Assembly (NCBI RefSeq): GCF_018350175.1
Contig: NC_058368.1
Coordinates: 43,960,001-44,024,000, forward strand
Direction of reading: 5' to 3'
Length of the DNA: 64,000 nt
Source: Felis catus
Lineage: Eukaryota
Below are positions 26,709 through 37,649 of this stretch, piece after piece; the stretch's first letter is position 1, and each line of letters begins with the position of its first letter. The notes under the pieces are model-generated. The model was not told the DNA's origin. It did no database searches and was given only the letters and a program-made list of their open reading frames with translations. The translations under genes and the position numbers were made by a program.

Positions 26709-26910
26709 CATATATATGTATATTTACACACATATGTAAATATATGCATATTTACATATGTGTGTAAACATATTTACATATGTGTGTAACTATACATATA
26801 TATATGGAAACTGATACTAACATCTTTATTTTTATGGAAATTTTCCTTGAAATATATATATATTATATAATTTATATGTGTATATATATGCATATGCACA
26901 TGCATATCTA
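26709..26910. repeat. AT-rich palindromic low-complexity tract
   Basis: 21-bp perfect inverted repeat 26723-26743 / 26748-26768 plus TA/CA-rich runs. Confidence 0.85.
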
Positions 26911-27263
26911 CATGCAGGTATGCAAATGTAGATTTTATGTCTATGTTTGTGTGTAAAGAAAAAATATTTTAAATTACATATAATTAGCAGTGAGCTAGTA
27001 AGTAATAGTAAATAACAAACAGCTCTTAGGGAAGGAACCAAAACAATTTGTAGCATTTGCCTCTCATCAAACCAATCACCATTACTGACGTCAAACTAAC
27101 AGTGTGATGTCAACAGACTTACATGATTTATGAACTTTCAACAATCAGTTTTTGCAAGACAGTGGGAGCTAGTTCCAGTACACCACCCTATGTAGTATAC
27201 AGTAAGAAAGAATAAAGGAACTTAGCTATTGCTCATTAACTTTATTTAAAACATTTATCATTA

Positions 27264-27490
27264 GGGGTACCTGGGTGGCTTGGTCGGTTAAGCGTCCGAC
27301 TTCGGCTCAGGTCATGATCTCACGGTCTGTGAGTTCGAGCCCCACGTCGGGCTCTGTGCTGACAGCTCAGAGCCTGGAGCCTGTTTCAGATTCTGTGTCT
27401 CCCTCTCTCTCTGCTCCTCCCCTGTTCATGCTCTGTCTCTGTCTCAAAAATAAATAAACATTAAAAAAATTTTTTAAATAAATAAATAAA
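27264..27490 (+). mobile_element. Can-SINE (relatively young)
   Basis: Full body; perfect 17-bp TSD taaaacatttatcatta. Confidence 0.97.
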
Positions 27491-27523
27491 TAAAACATTT
27501 ATCATTAATTTTGGCATATACAA

Positions 27524-27608
27524 GGGAGTCTGGGTGGCTCAGTCAGTTAAACATCTGACTTCCACTCAGGTCATGATCTCACGGTTTGAGAGCTTGAGCC
27601 ATGCTTCT
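27524..27608 (+). mobile_element. Can-SINE head only (tRNA-derived part)
   Basis: gggagtctgggtggctcagtcagttaa...tcaggtcatgatctcacgg; (CT) region absent. Confidence 0.85.
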
Positions 27609-27957
27609 GATGAAATAAACAATAACAACAACAATAAAACCCACAAAATTTCATCCTAACAATGTTTCTCTTAGTGGCCTCATGAAAACCATATCCTAAA
27701 ACATTGAAATCTGTTTTACATGATATAAAATCAGCATTTTTCTATTTTTCAAAATTTCTGTATTAATTTTAGAACTTTAATGAAATTCAGGTTTTTAATT
27801 TTTTTTAACATCTGGCCTATTTTACAGTTTATCTCTTGTAAAATTTTGCACAAATATCCCATATCTTTTGTTATGACATTTTCCATTCATTTTCTAATTA
27901 CCATGCTCCAAAATGACCATGATTTCTGGGCCCTATGTTAATAAATAAAAGTGAACA

Positions 27958-28183
27958 GGGCACCTGGGTGGCTCATTCATTTGAGCATCTGACTTCATCT
28001 CAGGTCATGATCTCACAGTCTGTGGGTTCAAGCCTCATGTCAGGCTCTCTGCTGACAGCTCAGAGCCTGGAGCCTGCTTCAGATTCTGTGTCTCCCTCTC
28101 TCTCTTTGCCCTACCCCCACTCATGCTCTGTCTCTCTCTCTCTCTTAAAAAAGGAAAAAATGAATAAACTTTAAATTTTTTTT
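27958..28183 (+). mobile_element. Can-SINE
   Basis: gggcacctgggtggctc head; TSD aaaagtgaa. Confidence 0.94.
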
Positions 28184-28430
28184 AAAAAGTGAAAATTATG
28201 TCCTTAAACAATCCTATGAGATTTAATATTCACTAATATTTATCCACCTTATGTATAGATAGCAAAAGATAGAAGACATAAAATGTCAATTAAATCATTT
28301 ATTGCATTTTTTTCATTCCTGCAGTCTTTCAATGTATTTACTTCCTTCAATGAAGTGAAATTCTTCCTCCCACATTTTAATGATAATTACTATAGCTCTT
28401 GATTATTCACAAATGGATTTTGTCACAGTA

Positions 28431-28925
28431 AAGACAGTCACTGACTTACAATTGTTCCACTTACGATTTTTTGTCTTATGCCTATGCAAAAGCAATATAC
28501 ACTCAGTACAAACAGAACTCAGAGTTCTGTGATCTTTTTCTAGGCTAGTTGTATGTGGTAGGATACTCCCTGATGATTCTGGGTAGCTGCACCCAGTTCT
28601 GCTACCAGGTCGCAAGATCACAAGAGTGGACAACCCATACACTTAACAACTGTTCTGCACCCATGAAACTATTCTATTTTTCATTTTCAGTATAGTAGTC
28701 AACAAATTACGTGATATATTCAACATTTTATTCTAAAATCAGGTTTGCACTGGATGATTTTGCCTAAGTGTAGGCCAAAGTAAGTGTTCTCGGTGCATTT
28801 AAGGTAGGCTAGGCTAAACTGTGACAGTCAGTAGTTGGGTGTATTAAATGCATTTCACTTATGATATTCTCAATTTGCAATGGGTTTATTGGGTTTTGAC
28901 CTCATCATAAGTCAAGGAAGATCTA
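28431..28925. mobile_element. MER47/Tigger5-family DNA transposon
   Basis: Ends aagacagtcactgacttac / ataagtcaaggaagatcta, each flanked by TA; internal tttaaggtaggctaggctaa...gtgtattaaatgcattt. Confidence 0.82.
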
Positions 28926-29139
28926 TATATTTTAATGGAAGTAAACTAAAAATAGTTACAAACAATACAATACAACGCAGCATGTGCAACAATGCTCAAC
29001 AACACTCAAGTGCAACAACACTCAAGTGGTGTCAAGTTTGTGCATAAACTATTCTCAGGTAAGCTTCCTAAACCATGCTGTTGTGTTTTAATGATATACC
29101 CATGTTTCTTACATTCGCTTGGCAGGAGCAAGAGTAAAA

Positions 29140-29332
29140 AAAGAGAACAAACTGATAGTTACAAGAGGGGAGATGGTTGGGGGAAGGGGTTAAATAGATG
29201 ACGGGGATTAAGGAGTGCACTTGTGATGAGCACCGAGTGTTTCATGGAAGTGTTGGATCACTATACTGTACACCTGAAGCTAATATTACATTCTATGTTA
29301 ACTAACTGGAGTTTAAATGAAGACTTAAAAAA
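29140..29332 (+). mobile_element. L1 3' UTR end (carnivore L1)
   Basis: gagaacaaactgat...gatgagcaccgagtgtt...tgtacacctgaagctaat...A tail. Confidence 0.88.
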
Positions 29333-29759
29333 GAATTTTAAAAACATTTATAATTTTAACGCAACTGATATATAAATGAAGAAACTCAATTCAGAAGATT
29401 TAAGTAACTTTTTCAAAGTCATACAGACAAAAGTGGCTCATATTCTAATAACCTTGTTGAATTACACTTGTCAACACCCTACTATACAAGAGGAGTTTTG
29501 CATGGTTATGGTAGTACAAAGATTAAGGGCATGCTGTTTGCTTTCTAGATCTAAGATTTAGGTAAAGGAGGCTTGTAATTTTAATACATTTAAATTGGAT
29601 AAGAACTGTAATTGAGAGTTGTACCAGATAATTTTGGAGCACATGAAAGAAATGACATCTTCATGAAAGTTAGACTTAGAATGGAAAATTACTGAACAAA
29701 GGATATTCTATTTTATCTATATCTTTAATATTTTAATAATGTCTACAAAAGTTATGTTT

Positions 29760-30325
29760 TAAAGACAAAAATATATTGAATTAAATGAAATGAAAACACA
29801 GCATATTAAAATTTGTAGTGCCACGCTAAAGCAGTGCTGAGATAAAAATTTATACCAACACTGTTTACCTCAGAGAAGAGGAAAATTTTTAGATAAATAA
29901 CTCAATATCTCTTTTCAAGAAATTAGTTGGGGCGCCTGGGTGGCGCAGTTGGTTAAGGGTCCGACTTCAGCCAGGTCACGATCTCGCGGTCCGTGAGTTC
30001 GAGCCCCGCGTCAGGCTCTGGGCTGATGGCTCAGAGCCTGGAGCCTGTTTCCGATTCTGTGTCTCCCTCTCTCTCTGCCCCTCCCCTGTTCATGCTCTGT
30101 CTCTCTCTGTCCCAAAAATAAATAAACGTTGAAAAAAAAATTAAAAAAAAAAAGAAATTAGAAAAACAACAGCAAAATAAATCCAAAGCAAACATAAAGA
30201 AGCAAATAATAAGGACAAGAGAGAAAAAAAACACATTTAAATTGAAAATAAGAAAACATGGGCAAAAATTAATGAAACAAATAACTGTTTCCTCAAAAAC
30301 AAAATCAATCAAAAATTAAAAAAAC
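29760..30325 (+). mobile_element. Old L1 ORF2 fragment interrupted by SINE
   Basis: gctaaagcagtgctgaga...aagaaattagaaaaa...aaatccaaagcaa...aaaattaatgaaac. Confidence 0.75.
29929..30151 (+). mobile_element. Young felid SINE (SINEC_Fc-type)
   Basis: Near-identical to the 8045 copy; TSD aagaaattag (29917-29926, 30152-30161) with 2 extra T at the 5' junction. Confidence 0.98.
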
Positions 30326-33300
30326 ATCTAGAAATACTGAGAATGAATGAGTGAATGAATGAATGAATATGTCTGTGTATATAGATATCTGTGTACACGT
30401 GGATATACAGGTATACACACACACACACACATATGTGCATATATACATATATACTGTTAAATGTCACTGGCTTCCTTTTGATTGCCACTGTTCTTAGGAA
30501 AACATTCAGCAGGAACTTTTCATAATGAACACACAATCACTATTTAACATTTCACTAAATATTCCTGAACTTCTTAAGAAATCCAACATTTTATAATTGT
30601 AGATATCAAACTAGGAATAAGGGATTCATATAATCCAAATGTGTGATACACATTTATTGATGTTGATTATAAACAATTGCCATTTAATTAACCAAGATTC
30701 CCATTTTATGATACACTTACTTACAACATGTCTGAAATGCAATACTCCAAATCTTGCCCTAATATGAAATTACAACAAATAATATTTTATTTTTCTCTGA
30801 TTATTGTATGTCTGGTAATAATTGGACCTATTATTTCAAAATTAATGTTCACCATACTGCTGTATATATGTAAACAATCATATGAAATTGCCAGACACTC
30901 TAAGGAATCCAGAATACACTCTGGGGATTTGTGTTGTTTATGTTTTTTAAATTTATGATTGGGAATTTATTTTATTCTGGTAACTCTTATAAACATTGGA
31001 AGCAGAAAAAATAGTAATTGTACAGGAAAACTAAACAAACAAACAAACAGTTCATTTGGTACTTACTGACAAACCTATGTATCTATAGGAAAATGGTCAT
31101 ATGAGAACTAAATATAATTCTCTATGAATGTCCAAAATATTCCATTTAAAATACTGAAGTAATGTATCTCTGATAAGGCTTATTAATGCTTATCAGAAAG
31201 ATTCCTCCAACTCTGGGGACTATTTGTTGCATTATACTGACATTGTTTTCTAGAATCCCTGAGCTATAAATTTTAGTAAAATATTGTTAATTTATAAAAT
31301 TTAATGTTGTGCTTTATAAGATGCATGCGCTTGGAAGATATCACAATTTGGAAGCTTTGGCTAGGCACAGAACTTGCAAAAATCTTATATAACAATTTTC
31401 TTGAAAGATATCCATTATTATATCTGCAAAATTTTGCAATTATCAAAATCATCAATGGTTCCTAAGGAATTAACATATAAGTATCCTATAGATACGAAAG
31501 GACATACCATATATACATATAATTATATATATATTCCATATATATCATAAATATTATAATATCATATATACCCTATATCACAAATGCCATATATATCATA
31601 ACTATTATATATAACATACACATCATAAATATCATATATGTTTTAATTACTGTTTTCAAAGTTACTAATCCCTAGTTTTATAATATCTAGTCTTTTTTAA
31701 ATTTCAAATAGTGTTTGTTTTTTCTCTCTAGCATTATATTTTACTTTTGTAGAATGCATATTCATATGTTCTTTATGTTTTTCATGACTTTGCTTACCTT
31801 GGTCAAGTTTTACTCAAGTTTCTTGCCTATAAATAACATTGACATAACTTTTAATGTTCTTGTTCACTTATTCTATTATTTGTTTCATTTCTGGTTCAAT
31901 TTCCATTCATTGATTTTTTTTTCTTGCTTCATTTAATTTTAGTTTTTCCTGATTCATTACAAACCTGATAATTTGGGGTGCTATGTCATACATTGTCAAT
32001 TTTACCTTGTCGAGTGCTAGGCATTTTAATATTTCTATAAATATACATGTGCTTCTGGGATAGGTAAAGGAAATTAAAATTACACATTTTATTGTTATGA
32101 AAAGGAAATAATTTTCATAGTTGTTCTTAGTTCTTGCAATAATATAACCAAATCTGAGGAAATAAAGGAAAAAATAAAAAGATAAATATGAGAAGCTCAA
32201 AAATCTTATAAACATACTGAGTTGAACAGAAATTCAAATTTACGACTAGAGTTTAACAGTAAATTTAAGACTATAGTTATAATTTTTAAAACACAATTCC
32301 ACATAATGCTTATATCTTGAGAATTAGTTTAGGTAAGAGTGTCATTTCTTAAATTTTTGGAACAATTCTCATGTTTCATGTAGCCACAAATTTATTATTA
32401 TTGTTGTTGTTGTTAATATTGTTATGCTGATGTTGCTGTTATTATTGAGTTCTTTCTTACTAGTGTATGTACATATCTTACCTTGTAAGCAGACTGTAAA
32501 GTCTTTGGACACTGGATACATATCTAACATTTTTTTGGAAATTCATAGAAGAAAATATGTAGCCAAATAAAGTTACTCTAAAGTTTATAAATTTAAAAGA
32601 TCTGTGTGGCAGATACATCTTAATAATGTATATCGTTTTATATTTTGAATATACATTTTATTTGAACTGTAAGAAACATAATTTGGACTTCTGGTTCTGT
32701 TTATAGCAGAGTAAATTGTATTGGCTATAACTTGAGTTAGCAAGTCTAAACTGTAGTAAAATACAAAAAACAACTATTTAAGAACGACTCAACATAAGTA
32801 GAAACTACCTGTCCTTGAATAAAGATAAACAAACTAGATACGTGTTATATTTAGCTATCTTTTCTTAAGAATACTTCCCAGGTAGGGCTAAATAGAAAAG
32901 GAAGAAGGAAAATAGAAACAGATGATCTTACTGAGATGCAGGAATAATGGTCAAAGTTTTTGAACCTATCAGATGTAGTAGGAGTTGATGGGAAGTTCTA
33001 GAAATAAGGGAGTCACTAAGAGTGGATTCCCAAAATCTACACAAACGTTTTCTTCAAATCCATTTGGGACTCTAACAGTCCATCAGGTGACAAAAATCCA
33101 AGAGGTTCAGAAAAAAATAGCAGTTTAGAGGTAATTTTTTTTTAAGCTACAACCTCTCCTGGGGAAAAGAAAAAATAAACAAAAAACCCTTGACATTAAA
33201 ATTTCATCAAAAGAGAGTAGTTTGTTACAAAAAAAAATCTGGTGTTTCAGATAGACAAAGTGGACTATCTTAGGAGTCAGTTCTGGACTAAAGGTTTTTC

Positions 33301-33469
33301 TGTAGGACAAAGGACAAATAGCTACAATTTTTTTTTTTTTTTTTTTTTTGTAGAACCAAAACCAGGCCTCCACAAGATCACAATAATCCTCTGGTAATTT
33401 ATCTGTCAGAATAAAACTTAGCATTCCTTTATATAAGAGGCAACACTGATACATTGGTGATTAACGTAA

Positions 33470-33652
33470 GAACAGTAATTGCCATTGGTTGAGGAAAGGA
33501 TAATGTTTGACTGGAAAAAAGAAGAAGGGGACTTTCTGTGGTAACAGAACTTTTTATATTTTGGTCTAAATTTGTGCACATTTGTGAAAAATTTCGAACT
33601 GTGCATTTAAAATCTCATCATCTTATATACGTAAATCAAACTTCAGTCAAAT
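33470..33652 (+). mobile_element. Ancient L1 (L1ME-type) 3' end
   Basis: tgactggaaa...actttctgtggt...cacatttgtgaaaa...gaactgtgcatttaaaatc. Confidence 0.65.
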
Positions 33653-33741
33653 TTGTTATTAAATACAAGACGAATCCAAAGGCAAATTGATTTCATATCC
33701 ATTTAAATTAAATGGATATGAAATGGATATGAAGCTTGCAG

Positions 33742-33742
<1 letters not shown>

Positions 33743-33780
<38 letters not shown>

Positions 33781-33790
33781 TATGTGTGTA
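33743..33790. repeat. (TG)n microsatellite
   Basis: Read directly. Confidence 0.97.
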
Positions 33791-34539
33791 TTGAGCTAAA
33801 ACTAGATAAAGACTGATTTGCCAGATCCAACCCACAGGAATCAGCAATCTTGCCCAAGTTACATTTTACTAATAATTTCAAACTTTTAAAAAGTAAGCAT
33901 AGGTAAAGCAGAGATGTCTGGCATATCTTAAATGTCCCATTCTGTTCTACACTTCACTTATTGTTCCCTGGTACAGAACGGTAGGTTCATCAGGTCCTAA
34001 ATGAGGTCCTACATCACCTCATACAGCAGGGAGCATTCATGCTATGAAACCTCTCCTTTTTTACTTTTTTTTTTTTTTTACCACAGAGACTTGACTACTT
34101 ACCTGACATTTGATGTGGAGTTAGGCATAAATCCATAGATTGCAGGGGTGTTCACACGAAATGATCATAAACTAGTAATATACTATTAACAGCATTACCA
34201 AGATAAATACTCCCCCCTAGCAAATACTGTTCACCTTGAAGTCCAGTTCTCATGCTTACAAAAATATTAGATGGGGCCATTTGCCTTCTCTTTCCTTGTG
34301 AGTGCCTGGTCGCAGAACTGCAGATAAATGGAACACAGGTGAACAACATTATCCCCTTCCTTCTCAGGTTTTATAATAAAAGAAACTAACAATGCACTCC
34401 CCGTTGTATTCATTTTTAATTTAGGTTGTAATGAACTTACAAAGCAATGCTTATTTATCTTTACTCAGTTTTAATGCTGGGCAAATCCTTCACAATAGCT
34501 ACAAAGAGATTCCTGAATAAACACTGACAAGTAGCATGT

Positions 34540-34895
34540 ATAAAGTTGGGTCTCTGAAGATACCTTTGATGATAACAGTTTTGTCTAAGGAGATGTCCAC
34601 AGAGTACCCTGTGGGCATGAGGTGATTGTAGTTATAAACTTTCACAAAACATTGATCTTTGACCTCTTGACGATTTTCTTCTTGTTCATGGCAGCTGTCA
34701 CTTTGTGGGAATAGCAGTCCATTTCAGTCACAGAGAGAGCATGGCTGTAGGGATGATCTGAGGTACCATCATCATTGTTCTTCACAATGGCTGCTTTGCA
34801 TCCAGAGTAGCATTGGGCCAGGGCCAGGACCAGAACCAACGTCTGGGGTGCCATGAACTATAGTAGACACTTGAGCCTACAGCAGAATAGAAGAA
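34540..34895 (-). pseudogene. RPL27: Processed pseudogene of 60S ribosomal protein L27 (eL27)
   Basis: [25 protein letters not shown]...[18 protein letters not shown] then a 1-nt frameshift to [36 protein letters not shown], matching RPL27 ([25 protein letters not shown]...). Intronless, start codon region deleted, 5' UTR-like pyrimidine tract at ~34880-34895, 3' end missing. Confidence 0.96.
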
Positions 34896-34899
34896 ATGA

Positions 34900-35215
34900 C
34901 ATTTCAACTCAAGATAAGGTCTTTAAAGGAGTGATAAAGGTAAAATGAAGTCTTTTAGGTGGACTCTAATCCACTATGACTTGTGTCCTTTTAAGTAGAG
35001 GAAATGTGGAAAATATCTGAAACTTGTGAGCACAGAGGACAGACCATGTGAGGATACAGTGGGAAGGCGGCCAGCTGCAAGACAAAGAAACCAAGCCTGC
35101 TAACATCCTGACCTTGGACTTCTCACCTCCAGAATTATAAGAAATGAATTTCTTGTTGTTTAAGCCACCTAGTCCATGGTACTTTGCTATGGCAGGCCTA
35201 CAAGACTAGTAAACT
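34900..35215 (+). mobile_element. MaLR LTR (MLT1A/B-like) lacking its 5' start
   Basis: gataaggtctttaaagg...ctctaatccactatgact...cctccagaattataagaaatgaatttc...ttaagccacctagtccatggtactttg. Confidence 0.88.
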
Positions 35216-37649
35216 TACCCAGTCTACTTCAGTCCTCAACGTGATAGGTAGACTAATTGTAAGTTTTATGGGCCACAGAAACAAAAAATTGATGCTTTAA
35301 TTCATATTTAAAATGGGATTTCAGACACAGCTATTGAAAAAATATTTTTATTCTTTAGATTTTTTTTCTATTTGTGTGTATGTGTGTGTGTATGTGTGTT
35401 TTAGAGTATGTACATGTTTGGGTGTTGAGGAAGGAGAAAAATGACTTTGGGTAAGAAGTATGTTAATGCCAAATAAAATATAAGTGTATCATTTCACCTA
35501 AAATACCGTCTTGAATATTAATAAATCCTATCATTCTCAGTGTACAAAACTGAATAAGTGTGCCAAAAATCAATCATTCAATAGGCATAAACAAAGAAAA
35601 AGTGAAGTAAATAATTAATAGCTTATATGTCTTTCACCTCTAATTCGAAAATTGGTCACATTGTTTATTAGTTCATTAAATTTTCACTTCAGTGAGACAT
35701 CAAAGCCTTGCACTCTGTATGTTTTGAAGTATATATGTGTTTACAACTAAAAACTGAGAATACATTTTGACATCTCAGATTTTCTTGCAAAATGAGTAAA
35801 TGAAGGGTCACACCATGAGTATGATCCTAACCAATAGCTTGAAATAATGTGGAAATCATAAGATTGTGATTTTAAATAACAATTAATTTCTAAGTGTCTC
35901 TTTTTACAAAATGAATTTTAAAGAGATATCAATTCTTTAATTTTGATTTGCAAGACCTCTGATAACTTTTACACTAACACTATATATCTCTATCATGCAA
36001 AGTTGTCAGAGGAATATAGCAAAGAAAATCAAATAGCAGTTCAGAGAACTTACTAGACTTTTCTGGGACACAGAAATGTTAAAGAAATCAGATATGCCAG
36101 AGGGACACATCACACTTTAAAATAAATTCTATTTAAGGAAGCCAACCTATATAGCAGTTTTCTGCTCTTTTTCTTTCTTTTCTTTACTTTTTTTAAACCA
36201 ATTTCTCACAAAGCCCTCGCATCTCAGTGTACTCTCAGACAAGATTTATTAGCACAGGATTTTAGTTACTTGTCTAAACTTCAAAATTCTATTTTGTAGG
36301 ATACTAGAGGCTATTCATTAGCATACTGTGAAGCATGTCATAAATAATTTAAACTATAGTTGTCAAGATAAATGAAAAAAATCAATTTATGCTGTGCTAC
36401 CCTTAATTTTTTATTGTGCATGGATTTGCTTGCTTACTAATCTACAAAATCTAGTAAATCACAGTCCCTGTCATTTTAGTGAATTAATCTGCATCATTTC
36501 AACTTGACTGATTATGTCTAAGGAATTCCATCAAGAATCTTAGACTGTTATTCAGATATTGTTTTTAAAATGAATGTAAATACTTTCTCAAGTGATGTTC
36601 AGGAAACTCCAGGAAGTAATGAAGCAAAAATATTCCAACAGATTAGTATAAGTTATTTTTCATCATTCAGAAAATTTTAGAATAACAAACTTAGGGCAAA
36701 ACATGGAAAAGAGAACATCAAATTGACTCAAAATATATTAACGGGGGAAAAAACCAGGAAAGTCATCTATTTTTACTGTGAGGATTAGCAAGTTTCAGAG
36801 ATAATCTAGACTCCAAAAATACAAATTAGAGATTTTTTTTTTTTTTAAGATTCCAGCTTAGTGCTTAAAGTGAAGAACCAATAAAAAAGGTCTGGAATTC
36901 ATTTTAGTTATGTAAGTTACTCAAGAAGTAGCCTTGAGTTAGTTTTTTTAACTTGTCTTTTAAAGAAAAGTTATTCCTTATCTGTGATTTCTTGGCATGA
37001 TCCTTTGTCACATGGGATTCTTTGATGTTAAATTTACACTTGGCATCCATTTTAGGATCAATCTCAGTCAATTTGAATCTTTTCAGTCTATCACTTATAC
37101 TGACTGAGGGACTTTTGGTTTTAAGGATCCTCTGCTATGAAATTTGTCGCTAGAAGTGGTAAAACATTTTTATTACTGTCTTTGGGTCAGAATTCTATGC
37201 TTAAATATATTTCAGCCTATGTGAATAATATCATAATCTCATGAATAAGACATTGTTTGGAATCTATGGTGCTCTGTATGAACTGAACACCCCTATTCAA
37301 CATAATAGTAGTTCATTTCCTTTTTTTTTCTTTATACAGATTCATGAAGTAGAGTTTTCAGGCTGTGACAGTTACCTCAGAGCTAGATACGATTTGAATC
37401 TCTGCCAAACTACAATTTTCTGCTTTGTAAATATCCTATAAAATCATACGCTCGAATTTCATAGAAAGCCAATTTAGACTGACTAAAGATACATTTTGGT
37501 GAATAAGATAAACAATAAATTAAATAAATAATCAGCACAATACAATTTAATACAAGCTTGGTTGAGTATGTGCATTTAAGCTGTTATTCATTGTGCTAGA
37601 GAAATAAGTATAACAGAAAACATATAAAAGCTTCAAAAAACTAGCTGGG

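Noticed and set aside
28997..29028. 16-bp tandem duplication caacaacactcaagtg x2
   Set aside because: Ordinary small slippage duplication.
31169..31197. Inverted GATA pair tctgataag...cttatcaga
   Set aside because: 9-bp arms in AT-rich DNA are plausible by chance; no conservation evidence.
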